This document shows, in pieces, positions 10,077 to 19,673 of a stretch of 64,000 nucleotides of DNA (within the stretch, counting starts at the first letter, position 1; the number at the start of each line of letters is the position of its first letter). The notes under the pieces were generated by a model. That model worked only from the letters and a program-made list of their open reading frames with translations, was not told the origin of the DNA and did no database searches. The stretch is from Spirochaetia bacterium (GTDB lineage: Bacteria; Spirochaetota; Spirochaetia; DSM-2461), in the NCBI GenBank assembly GCA_963666985.2, contig CAXXIA010000003.1, forward strand, positions 96,001 through 160,000. The letters are read 5' to 3'. Both the position numbers and the translations under genes were made by a program.

Positions 10077-11327
10077 TCAATCCTCGTCGGGATAGCGCTC
10101 GCGAATACTCCGAAGAGTCGGAAGAACCTTAAAGAACGCATCGACAACCTCAGGATCGAATTTTTTTCCGGAGGCATTTTTTATTTCCAAAAGAACATCT
10201 TCTTCGTCCCAAGCTTCTTTATAAACGCGCTTTGAGCTTAAGGCATCGTAAACATCGGATATGGCGACAATACGCGCAAAAAGAGGGATTTCCTCGCCTT
10301 TCAGCCCCTGAGGACGTTCCTCTACATCGCGGATATATTTATCGGCTTCGAATAAATCATCAATTTTTCCCGGATATCCGCTGCCGTCCCAGTTTTCGTG
10401 ATGATAAAGAGCCACTTCCCGGGCGGTTTCGTTTAAGTCATCCTTATCAATAAACTGCCGGGCGCCCAGCCAGGTATGCGACTGCATAATCCGGTATTCA
10501 TCATCCTCAAACTTCCCGGGCTTTTTAAGAATAATATCGCTGATACCCACCTTCCCGACATCATGAAGCATGGCGGCCATACGGAGGTTGTCTTTATTCT
10601 TATCCATTTCTTCTTTTTCGATACCGTGCTTCATCGCCCAGGCTTCGTAGATTTCCATGGAGAAGGCGCCGACCCGGTTTACATGAGCTCCCGTCTCCTT
10701 CGGATCTCTTAAACCCGCGAACCGCGTGATGGTTTCCAACAAATTTCTCGTCATCTGAGCCCGCTGAATGGCTTTGGAACCGAACCGGGCGAAAATTTCA
10801 AAAAACGGTTCGTCTTCCTCGGCGAAAGGCACAAACCATTTTTTGCTTGAATTCTTATCTTGAGCGTTCAGCAGCTGCATCACGCCGAGGAGTTCTCCTT
10901 CGGAGGATATGATCGGGAACGTCAGACTGGAGACGGTCTTGTAGCCTGTTCTTTTATCGAAGGAGGGATCGAAATTATAAGGCGCCGATTGATCGATGGC
11001 GTACATATCGGGAATGTTCAGCACTTTCTCGTACTTCGCGACAAACCCCGAAATCGATTTCTCACTGATGGGGATGGAGAAATAAGAATAAATGAGCTTC
11101 TCGTCCGGTTTCAGTTTCGCCTGAAAGGTATCATTCTGCGTGTGTGTAAACGCAAGCTTATCCCCGTGACGGATATAGACAGTTCCGGCGTCGGCATTCG
11201 CCTCACGGCGTGCCAAAAGAAGGAGACGCTCCAGCAAGAGATCAAGGTCCCTGATACGGTCGAGTTCCCGATCAATTTCGAGAATCCGATTTAATCGTCC
11301 GTCGGAACCTCCGTGTTGGCCGATCAT
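10077..11327 (-). CDS. GAF + HD-GYP cyclic-di-GMP phosphodiesterase
   Basis: N-terminal GAF (SISGFVA..LNIPDMY..FDKRTGYKTVSSLTFPI); ETGAHVNRV, LHDVGKVGI, HHENWDGSGYP, DVYDAL..RVYK. Confidence 0.92.
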   Translation of the reverse strand: MIGQHGGSDGRLNRILEIDRELDRIRDLDLLLERLLLLARREANADAGTVYIRHGDKLAFTHTQNDTFQAKLKPDEKLIYSYFSIPISEKSISGFVAKYEKVLNIPDMYAIDQSAPYNFDPSFDKRTGYKTVSSLTFPIISSEGELLGVMQLLNAQDKNSSKKWFVPFAEEDEPFFEIFARFGSKAIQRAQMTRNLLETITRFAGLRDPKETGAHVNRVGAFSMEIYEAWAMKHGIEKEEMDKNKDNLRMAAMLHDVGKVGISDIILKKPGKFEDDEYRIMQSHTWLGARQFIDKDDLNETAREVALYHHENWDGSGYPGKIDDLFEADKYIRDVEERPQGLKGEEIPLFARIVAISDVYDALSSKRVYKEAWDEEDVLLEIKNASGKKFDPEVVDAFFKVLPTLRSIRERYPDED

Positions 11328-11562
11328 TATATATACAGTAAATCAAATCCGCATTAACGACCATCGTTTTTCTTCTCTTTGATCGAATCAAAGAAAAAAA
11401 GTCATATTCCCAAGTCGGATGCAATCATTCGTCATCGATTGGCGGAAGAAAAAGCCGGGCTCAAATCCGGCAGGATTCCGATTCCCGCGAGAAACCTCAT
11501 CGACGGACCGATTCGCCTGGAACCGAAAGCCATGAAGATCCGTTCGGGAATCTTCGTTATTC

Positions 11563-11591
11563 TTGACCAAGTCACCGCCCGTCAGTAAGAT
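11563..11591 (+). promoter_or_regulatory. Putative sigma70 promoter of rpsD
   Basis: TTGACC-17 bp-TAAGAT, about 80 bp upstream of the rpsD ATG. Confidence 0.7.
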
Positions 11592-11669
11592 ACTGCGACA
11601 TGCCCGTCGGGCATTCGGGAATTTCGTCTTCACGGCGAAGAGTCCCTAAACTCCTTAAAGGAGAGAGCA

Positions 11670-12287
11670 ATGGCGAGAAACACGAAAGCTCGTGGAAAAG
11701 TCGTCCGCCGTCTCGGTGTCAATATTTACGGCAACGGTAAATATGATAGATTGCTCAAGAAGAAACCTCAAAAACCGGGTCAGGAGAAAGGCTACCGGGG
11801 ACGCGGGAAAACCAGCGACTACGGCAGACAGCTCCTGGAGAAGCAGAAACTCCGCTTCTCCTACGGTCTGAGTGAGAAGCAGTTCTACAACACCTTTGTT
11901 AAAGCAAAGCGGTTGGGCGGCCTCACCGGCGACAACATGATGATTCTTCTCGAGCGGCGGCTGGATAACGTCGTTTATCGGCTTGGAATGGCAACAACCA
12001 GGGCACAGGCCCGTCAATTCGTCAGTCACGGACATATCCGGCTGAACGGAAAGCGGTCCAACGTCCCCTCCATGGTCGTTCGCGAAGGCGATACCATCGA
12101 AATCAAGGACACTGAAGGCAGCAAGAAAATCATTCGGGAAGGCCTGGCGCACAGCAATCAGGTTATGCCCGCATGGCTGTCCATGGACGGCGATGCCCTT
12201 AAGGGCAAGGTGGAACGGCTCCCTTACCGGACCGACATTCCGACGGCCGCCAACGAACAGATGGTGGTTGAGTTCTACTCCAAGTAG
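11670..12287 (+). CDS. rpsD: 30S ribosomal protein S4
   Basis: SDYGRQLLEKQKLRFSYGLSEKQF, LLERRLDNVVYRLG, ARQFVSHGHI and VVEFYSK motifs. Confidence 0.98.
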   Translation: MARNTKARGKVVRRLGVNIYGNGKYDRLLKKKPQKPGQEKGYRGRGKTSDYGRQLLEKQKLRFSYGLSEKQFYNTFVKAKRLGGLTGDNMMILLERRLDNVVYRLGMATTRAQARQFVSHGHIRLNGKRSNVPSMVVREGDTIEIKDTEGSKKIIREGLAHSNQVMPAWLSMDGDALKGKVERLPYRTDIPTAANEQMVVEFYSK

Positions 12288-12314
12288 AATTCATCACGGC
12301 GATTTATTCGCACG

Positions 12315-12344
12315 AAAAAGGCGGTCCGTTCGGATCGCCTTTTT
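12315..12344. terminator. Bidirectional intrinsic terminator between rpsD and the isomerase gene
   Basis: aaaaaggcggtccg-tt-cggatcgccttttt hairpin flanked by A and T tracts. Confidence 0.8.
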
Positions 12345-12386
12345 CATTGGAAAATACCGCTGATGGGAAAGCCGTACCGACGAGCA

Positions 12387-13802
12387 TCAATGACGGTAAA
12401 TGTCCCATCCCATGTATTTTGCCGCCGCTTCTTCAACGATTGAGGCGACATTTCCGCGAACCATCGCGACATGATGTTCAAATCCCCGGGCGCAGATATG
12501 CGCCATAAGCCGCCGAAGTTCGGGAACCTTCACAACGGCGATGCCTCCGTCCATCGGGAACTCACGATCAATCAGTTCTCCTTCGCCGAGATATCCCTTC
12601 ACGTTACCTTCAAGGTCGTCCGTTGAGATTCGGAAATAGGTCATCGGTCCTTCGGCGGCATGTCCCTTGACGGCTCCGAAACACCGTTCCCGTCCGAGAC
12701 TGGCGCCGAGAATATCGAGTTCCGAGATTTCCACATCCGAACCCATAAAGCTCTTCGGGTAATTGCTGCAATGGGTGCAGACGCAGACATCCGGTTCCCG
12801 CCCGAAGTTGTTGTTCCAATCCAGAAAGCCCGAAGGTTTTCCGGCGGCCAGGGTTAACGCATACATGGAGACCGCTCCGGCGATATCCATTTCACAGGCG
12901 CTCGGCTTTCCCCTCTCCCCCATCATGCTCATGGACAAACAGGACGCGCAGCCGTAATTCGCTTCAAGGCTGTCCCAGCACTGAACGGCGGAAGCCTGAC
13001 ATTCGTTTTGTTCCAGGAACTCTTCAACGGCGATGGAAAATCGCGCCTGCCGGGAGATTTGTTCGGAAGAAATCCGATCGGGGATTCTCCCATAGTTTTT
13101 TATCCCGGCAATCTTCGCCTTCACCGGTTCGGATTCGCCGTCCATGGAATTCGCCGCTGCGAGGATTTCCGATAAGTCGACGGGGATGATCGTGATTCCG
13201 CAGGCATCGAGGATTTTCTCGCTGAAACGAACGGTTCGGAAGGCCATGGGCCGGACTCCGACGGCGGCAATGCGGGCGTTCTTCAACCCTTTAACAACAC
13301 GGCAGATTCCAACGAATCGCTCCAAATCCCGAGCGAACTCCGGAGAATCCGGATCTTCGGTATGCAGGATGGTGTCGGTAAAAGGGATGCGCCGCTGATA
13401 AAGATTGTTGCAGACGGATATCTTGCCGCAAAACGAATCCCTTCTCTCGGAAACGGAGACTTTATCGGGCTGATCTTCCGAAGCCTGAACGAGTATCGGC
13501 ATGGCCTTGTCCGTATATTTCAGGGTTTCGACAACACCAATCTCGTTTCCGAAATTCGGGAGAACGATGAGCATGCCGTCCAGATCGTCTCGTCTCTCCC
13601 GGAACCAATTTCCGGCTTTAACGGCATCTTCATGATCCTCGATGCAGCCGGTCGGAGTCATATCGTCGGGAGGAAGAAGATAGGAAATTCCCGCTTTATC
13701 GAGAACCGTAATCAGTTTTTTCTTATCGGAGAGGGAGAGCTCGGGATTAAAGAAACCGCGCGTTCCGACAATCACGCCCAGTTTAATCTCCGGAATTTTC
13801 AT
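12387..13802 (-). CDS. L-fucose/L-arabinose isomerase family protein
   Basis: LPNFGNE, RRDSFCGKISVCNNL, AVQCW, ACEMD and GFEHHVAM motifs; RBS GGAGG before the ATG at 13802. Confidence 0.88.
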   Translation of the reverse strand: MKIPEIKLGVIVGTRGFFNPELSLSDKKKLITVLDKAGISYLLPPDDMTPTGCIEDHEDAVKAGNWFRERRDDLDGMLIVLPNFGNEIGVVETLKYTDKAMPILVQASEDQPDKVSVSERRDSFCGKISVCNNLYQRRIPFTDTILHTEDPDSPEFARDLERFVGICRVVKGLKNARIAAVGVRPMAFRTVRFSEKILDACGITIIPVDLSEILAAANSMDGESEPVKAKIAGIKNYGRIPDRISSEQISRQARFSIAVEEFLEQNECQASAVQCWDSLEANYGCASCLSMSMMGERGKPSACEMDIAGAVSMYALTLAAGKPSGFLDWNNNFGREPDVCVCTHCSNYPKSFMGSDVEISELDILGASLGRERCFGAVKGHAAEGPMTYFRISTDDLEGNVKGYLGEGELIDREFPMDGGIAVVKVPELRRLMAHICARGFEHHVAMVRGNVASIVEEAAAKYMGWDIYRH

Positions 13803-13963
13803 ACGAACCTCCACAGACAGCACTCAAAATGAGCGGTTTGTATTCGTTTTTGTTTTACCCTATTTAAAACCTCCCTTTTATTTTCTGTCAATTCTTTTTA
13901 TTTTCTTTTTGTTGCTTTTTATTTTCGTTTGGTCTATTGTCCTCATCAAATAGGTTGGTATTT

Positions 13964-14770
13964 ATGAATCTGCAGGAAAAAGCGGTTTCCATCAGGAAAC
14001 GAATCATCACAATGAATTCCAAAGCCGGCGCGGGGCATACCGGAGCCGATTTATCCGAAACGGATATTCTGACGGCTCTTTATTTCAACGTTTTGAATAT
14101 CACCCCCGACCGATGGAACGATCCGGAGAGAGACCGGTTCATACTCAGCAAGGGGCACGGTGTGGGCGGTTATTACTGCACATTGGCGGAAGCCGGCTTT
14201 ATCGACGAATCACTCCTTGAAACCTATCTTCAGGCGAACTCCTTTTGTCCCGGCCATCCGGTCAGGCAGAAAACAAAGGGAGTTGAAGTCAATACGGGAG
14301 GACTGGGCCACGGCTTGCCCATTGCCTGCGGCTTGGCCCTGGCCGCGAAGAAATCAGGGAGAACCTATCGCACGTTCTGCCTCTGCGGCGACGGGGAGCT
14401 CCAGGAGGGCTCCAATTGGGAAGCCGCGATGGCGGCCTCCCAATTTCGTCTCGACAATTTGATTCTCATCATCGACCGCAACAAGCTCCAGCTGGCGGAC
14501 CGAACCGAAAAGATCATGAACCTGGAACCCCTTGACGATAAACTCACCGCTTTCGGATTCCAAACATATGAGGCCGACGGAAACGATCCTGAAGCCATGG
14601 CCGCACTTCTTAACGGCTTGAAGCCGGGCGGGGAACGGCCTTATGCGGTTATCGCCAAGACGACCAAAGGAAAGGGCGTCTCGTTTATCGAGGACAATCC
14701 CGTGTGGCATCACAGAGTTCCCAAAGGAGATGAAATCATGAAGGCCATAGAAGAATTGGAGCAGCGGTAA
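13964..14770 (+). CDS. Transketolase N-terminal (TPP-binding) subunit
   Basis: GHTGADLS, RDRFILSKGH, GGLGHGLP and GDGELQEGSNWEA motifs. Confidence 0.93.
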   Translation: MNLQEKAVSIRKRIITMNSKAGAGHTGADLSETDILTALYFNVLNITPDRWNDPERDRFILSKGHGVGGYYCTLAEAGFIDESLLETYLQANSFCPGHPVRQKTKGVEVNTGGLGHGLPIACGLALAAKKSGRTYRTFCLCGDGELQEGSNWEAAMAASQFRLDNLILIIDRNKLQLADRTEKIMNLEPLDDKLTAFGFQTYEADGNDPEAMAALLNGLKPGGERPYAVIAKTTKGKGVSFIEDNPVWHHRVPKGDEIMKAIEELEQR

Positions 14771-14771
14771 A

Positions 14772-15710
14772 ATGAAAGATTCCAGAGACGCCATGATCGC
14801 ATCGTTTATTTCCGCCGTTGAAAACGGAGTGGAGCTCATGGTTGTTGTCAGCGACTCGACATCAACCTCAAAAATTCAGCCCTTCGCCGAACGATTCCCG
14901 GAGAGAATCGTTAATGTCGGCATCGCGGAGCAGAATCTTGTCGGCATGGCCGCGGGACTCGCCCTCGGCGGATATGTCGTCGCTACCGCCAACGCCTCGC
15001 CGTTCCTTGTAAACCGTTCGGCGGAGCAAGTTCGAAACGATGTGGCCTATACCGATACCAACGTGAAAATGATGGGGCTCAATCCGGGCTTTGCTTACGG
15101 ATCTCTGGGACCGACGCATCATTCCCTGGAAGATATCAGCATGATGAGGAGTCTCGGAGGCGTGAAAATATACACGCCGATCGATCCTGAAGGAACGGCC
15201 GAGGCGGTTACTCATGTTCTCAAATCGGAGGGCCCCGCCTACATCAGAATCGATTCGGGCCTTTTTCAGAACATTAGGAGGCCCGACGGAGTTCTCCGGG
15301 TAACCGCACCCGTTCGCCTCTCCGAAGGAAATGATGTTACGATTCTCGGTATGGGAACATCATCTCATGCTGTTAAAGAAGCCGCCGAGATTCTTTCCCG
15401 CGCTGGAGTACATGCCGATGCCTGGGGCATCCCTTCGATACGCCCCCTTCGGAACGAAGAACTCCTTGAATCAATCGGTAATACGGGTAAGGTTATGAGC
15501 GTCGAAGCCCATTCGGTCCACGGCGGCTTGGGTTCACTCGTTTCCGAATGGATAGCGGATAAGGGGATTCGGGCCCGTTTGGTCCGTTTAGGCGTTCCCG
15601 AAGGACTCTTCGCCCCGGCCTCTCCCCGCCCCGCGATAGAAGCCGCCTTTAATTTGGATACCGACGGAATAGTAAAAAAGGTTCATGAATTCTTAGGAGC
15701 ATCGTATTAA
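14772..15710 (+). CDS. Transketolase C-terminal subunit
   Basis: NVGIAEQNLVGMAAGLA, GPTHHSLED and VEAHSVHGGLGS motifs. Confidence 0.93.
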   Translation: MKDSRDAMIASFISAVENGVELMVVVSDSTSTSKIQPFAERFPERIVNVGIAEQNLVGMAAGLALGGYVVATANASPFLVNRSAEQVRNDVAYTDTNVKMMGLNPGFAYGSLGPTHHSLEDISMMRSLGGVKIYTPIDPEGTAEAVTHVLKSEGPAYIRIDSGLFQNIRRPDGVLRVTAPVRLSEGNDVTILGMGTSSHAVKEAAEILSRAGVHADAWGIPSIRPLRNEELLESIGNTGKVMSVEAHSVHGGLGSLVSEWIADKGIRARLVRLGVPEGLFAPASPRPAIEAAFNLDTDGIVKKVHEFLGASY

Positions 15711-17199
15711 TGGAAAAAACGGCGATTCTCGTTATCGATCAGGGAACAAGCGGTTCCAAAGCCGTTGTTTTTTCCAGAGAAGGTGAATTGCTTGCATCAT
15801 GTACAAAGGATTATAAAATCGACTACCCGAAACCCGGATACGTTGAAATTGATCCGAATGCGCTCCTAAAAAGTGTTTATGAAGCCGCAAAAGGAGCTCT
15901 TGCCCGTCTGGAAGAAGCCGGGATTTCCCGTGAAAACATAAAAACCATTGGCATCTCGAACCAAAGGGAATCGTTTCTTCTCTGGGATAAACAAGGGAAT
16001 CCCGTCGCTCCCATCGTGGTTTGGCAATGCAAGCGGTCGGCGGAATACTGCAAAAGTCTTTCCAAAGACGCCTCTTTTTCCTCCCTGATTTCCGAACGGA
16101 CGGGACTGATTATCGATCCGTATTTCTCCGGCACAAAAATCGCGGTTCTCGCCGATGAAGAAAATCTCCGCTCAGCCATCTCCAAAAAAGATGTGTATTT
16201 CGGAACCGTCGATACATGGCTTATTCGATCGCTCACGAATGCTACGGTTTATGCCACGGATCGTACGAATGCCGGCAGAACCATGCTTTTCGATATTTCA
16301 AGGTTTGAGTGGGACCGCGAAATCATCGATTTTCTCGGACTCAAAGGGCTGAATCTGCCGGAGGTCAGAGCCTCCGATGCGGGTTTCGGCACCACCACCC
16401 TGAACGGATTATTCAAGCGGCCGCTCCCAATCGGAGCCGCTATAGGAGATTCCCATGCCGCGGCCTTCGGCCAAGGTTTATTCCGAAAAGGCGATGCGAA
16501 AATAACCCTGGGCACCGGCTCGTCCATACTGATGAACGTCGGGGATAAACGGATTACATCTTCCAACGGGATGGTCTCAACCCTCTGCTGGAGCAGCGGC
16601 GAGCGCACGGATTATGCCCTGGAAGGGATTATCGTCAGCTGCGGTTCCACTCTCGGCTGGCTGAAGGAGAAGCTGGGAATCGTCGAAGATTTTCGTGAAA
16701 TCGATGCGCTCGCCGAATCTTTAGAAAGCGCCGAAAGCGTCTACCTTATCCCGGGATTCAGCGGAATCGGCGCGCCGTGGTGGAAGCTTGACGCGAAAGC
16801 CTCCATTGTCGGACTTGATTTCGGACATGATAAACGGCATATAGCCCGCGCGGCCCTGGAATCCATTCCGTTCCAAGTTACCGATGTTCTTTCGGCCATG
16901 ACTGAAGATGCATGCGGAACGTTGGCGAATATCAGCGCGGATGGAGGAATTACGGTCAGCCGTTTGTAACGGATACCCTTTCAGCGCTTATCGGCCGTCC
17001 CGTTTACATACCGGCAATGAAGGAATCCACATCCTGGGGAGCCGCTCTCTTGGCGGGACTGAACGAAGGCCTTTATAAAAATATTGATGAGATTGACAGA
17101 ATCATGCTCTCTCGGGAGACTGGAACGGTCAGTACGAAATCAAGTCCCGAATTAATTCGCCGATACAGAGGCTGGCAGTCTATTCTTCAGGATTATTAG
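15710..17199 (+). CDS. FGGY-family carbohydrate kinase (glycerol kinase-like), one frameshift near 16960
   Basis: IDQGTSGSK, ISNQRES, DPYFSGTK, GDSHAA and YALEG motifs. ADGGIT continues in another frame as FVTDTLS..ESTSWGAALLAGL. Confidence 0.88.
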
Positions 17200-17961
17200 A
17201 TGTTTCCCGATCAGCGCCGACAGAAGATTCTCGAACTGCTTCAGGAAAACGGCAGTGCCCGCGTGAGGGATTTAAGCGCGGCGTTCGAAGTTACCGAGCC
17301 GACGATCCGCCAGGATCTTGAAAAGCTGGAAGCCGGCGGACTCATCGTTAAAGAGCACGGCGGCGCTTATATTAAGGACTTTACCGGTCAGGTGGACAGC
17401 CTGATGCTTTACCACACCGAAAACTTGGCTCGAAAAAAGAAAATCGGAGAAAAGGCCGCTTCTTTCGTTCACAGCGGCGATACCCTGATTGTGGATTCCG
17501 GATCGACGACGACCGAATTCGCGAAATCCTTGAGAAACCTTCACGAACTGACCATCGTTACGAATGCCCTCAACATCGCCCTTATTCTCGGCGCGGAACC
17601 CACGAACGAAGTCATGATGACCGGAGGACGATTCAAGGCTCCGACTCTTTCGCTGACGGGAGAAACGGCAGCGGAACTCTTTCCCCGCATCAATGCGGAT
17701 AAACTCTTCCTGGCGACACGCGGTTTTTCCATCGAATCGGGTCTGACCTATCCGGGATTCAGCGACCTTCCGGTAAAAAAGGCCATGCTGGATTCCGCGA
17801 AAACCGTCTATCTTCTGGCCGATTCGACGAAAATCGGCGTTAATGCCTTTGCCGCGCTGGGCGAACTGCAGCGTGTCGATATTCTCATCACCGACGATGG
17901 CATCACCCGAAATCAAATCAAGGAACTTGAAGATTACGGGATGCAAATTGTAATCGCATAA
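17200..17961 (+). CDS. DeoR/GlpR family transcriptional regulator
   Basis: RRQKILELL..VTEPTIRQDLEKLE..HGGA HTH; DSGSTT, VTNAL and LADSTK motifs. Confidence 0.95.
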   Translation: MFPDQRRQKILELLQENGSARVRDLSAAFEVTEPTIRQDLEKLEAGGLIVKEHGGAYIKDFTGQVDSLMLYHTENLARKKKIGEKAASFVHSGDTLIVDSGSTTTEFAKSLRNLHELTIVTNALNIALILGAEPTNEVMMTGGRFKAPTLSLTGETAAELFPRINADKLFLATRGFSIESGLTYPGFSDLPVKKAMLDSAKTVYLLADSTKIGVNAFAALGELQRVDILITDDGITRNQIKELEDYGMQIVIA

Positions 17962-18017
17962 TTTTTTTTAAGCCATAAGCTTCTCCAGACATTACACTTT
18001 AAATTGGAGGACTCTTC

Positions 18018-19184
18018 ATGAGCAAAAAAAAATGCAGTCCCGAAACCAATATTATGAAAGCGCTCATGCTGGAAAACGATCTTCGAAGCCAGGAAATTGA
18101 AGCGAAACAAATCTTCGATGTTATTATGATGTTCCAGAAGCAATACGCAAAATTCACGTCCAAAATACAGCAGCAGATTGATACGGCCTTCAACGATCTG
18201 AAAATTATCAGTGGCGGAGCTTCCGATGTAACCGGTTTGGCGAACATCTCTTCCAAGAAAATCAAAGAGGCCATTGAAGGCCTTTCATCCCAAGCCGAAA
18301 CACCAAATCGGGATACGGACGACATCAGTAAAATTCTTCAATCGGTTCATGATGACATTAACGGCATCTCGGAAAAAGTCGGCAGGCAGGCCATGGAAAT
18401 TTCATCGCTCCTCAGTTTCCTGGATATTATCCACATAACCGGTGAAAAAGCCGTGGGCCGTCTTCCTTATGTGGAATCCTCCGTTCGTAAATACAATGAG
18501 ATCAATAAACAAACCCTCAGAAATCTCACGGCTCTCGCGAATTTTCTTTCACAGGAGAAGAATATAAAAACAGTCGGCGACAAGGCCTTACTTATGGGGC
18601 ATGATATCGCGTATCCGCCATGGGCGCACATCGAAAAAGGAGTTTCGGCGGGAATAGGCATTGAACACGCTCATCAAATGGGGAAATCCTTGGAAAGAAA
18701 GCAAATCTTCATCGCCGACCAATGGTCCAAAGTCTATCCCAAGCTTATCGGCGGAGAAGTCGACGTACTGATCAGCGTCGGCTGGCCGAACCGCATTTTC
18801 AATAAAGAACCTGTTATCGCTTCCAAACCCTACGATCAATTCCGCGCCCGATTGTTTACCATAGACGGCGTTCCGACCACGCCCAAAGATCTCAGAGGGA
18901 AAAAAGTCGGCGTTCAGAAAGGATCGTTTTCCGAAAGTCTATCCGTATACTTCGGGTTGGAGCGTGTGGTATTCGAAAATGATATCTGCGGCATGGTCCA
19001 GCTTCTTTGGGGAAACCTCGGCGCGGTACTGGTGGAAGAAAAGGTCGGCACGTATCTCTCGGAAGCCTTTTTCATGGGGAAAATTAAATCGGCTTCGGAC
19101 GTGCTCGAATCCCTGGATGTCGTCTATCTCTTCAGGGAAGACTCCGCCGAACTCATGGAACATTTCAACAGCTTCATCGAATAA
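18018..19184 (+). CDS. Helical/coiled-coil N-terminus fused to a family-3 solute-binding domain, no signal peptide
   Basis: The C-terminal half has YPPW..GIGIE..W..L..GEVDV..SKPY..DLRGKKVGVQKGS, typical of PBP type 2 / SBP_bac_3. The N-terminal half is heptad-rich and MCP-like. Confidence 0.7.
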   Translation: MSKKKCSPETNIMKALMLENDLRSQEIEAKQIFDVIMMFQKQYAKFTSKIQQQIDTAFNDLKIISGGASDVTGLANISSKKIKEAIEGLSSQAETPNRDTDDISKILQSVHDDINGISEKVGRQAMEISSLLSFLDIIHITGEKAVGRLPYVESSVRKYNEINKQTLRNLTALANFLSQEKNIKTVGDKALLMGHDIAYPPWAHIEKGVSAGIGIEHAHQMGKSLERKQIFIADQWSKVYPKLIGGEVDVLISVGWPNRIFNKEPVIASKPYDQFRARLFTIDGVPTTPKDLRGKKVGVQKGSFSESLSVYFGLERVVFENDICGMVQLLWGNLGAVLVEEKVGTYLSEAFFMGKIKSASDVLESLDVVYLFREDSAELMEHFNSFIE

Positions 19185-19214
19185 AAAACGAATCAGGAAA
19201 TCCGGATGCCGATG

Positions 19215-19664
19215 CTACTCTTCGGGAAGAATCTTCTCCATGGCGTGCCAGGCCAAGGCGGCGCATTTAATCCTCAAAGGGAATTGAGACACACCGCCGA
19301 GCAGGGCCAAATCCCCCCATTTTTCCAGACATTCAGGGTCTTTTTCTCCCCGTAGAACCGAAAGAAACACGGAGATAAAACTCCGGGCTTCCCGTACCGT
19401 CATGCCGACAAGGCGTTCACTCATCATCGAAGCCGATGCCGTGCTGACGGCGCATCCGTAGCCGTCGAAACGAACCTCGGCGATCAGGCCGTCATCGTCC
19501 ATGCAAACCTCAAGTTTTACGGTATCGCCGCAGGAAGGATTTTCAAATACGGCATCATCGGCAAGATGCGACAGATCGGCTTTATTTCGAGGATGTTTGT
19601 AATGATCGAGGATAATCTCCCGGTAGAGTTCATCAAAGGGGTTTGCCGTATCGGTGCCGTCCAT
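19215..19664 (-). CDS. sufU: SufU / NifU-N family Fe-S assembly protein
   Basis: LYREIILDHYKHPRN, NPSCGD, GCAVSTASASMM and RIKCAALAW motifs. Confidence 0.95.
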   Translation of the reverse strand: MDGTDTANPFDELYREIILDHYKHPRNKADLSHLADDAVFENPSCGDTVKLEVCMDDDGLIAEVRFDGYGCAVSTASASMMSERLVGMTVREARSFISVFLSVLRGEKDPECLEKWGDLALLGGVSQFPLRIKCAALAWHAMEKILPEE

Positions 19665-19673
19665 CGTATGTTC

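Noticed and set aside
16950..16970. Programmed frameshift in the FGGY kinase
   Set aside because: No slippery heptamer was seen. A single missing base, probably a sequencing error, explains it.
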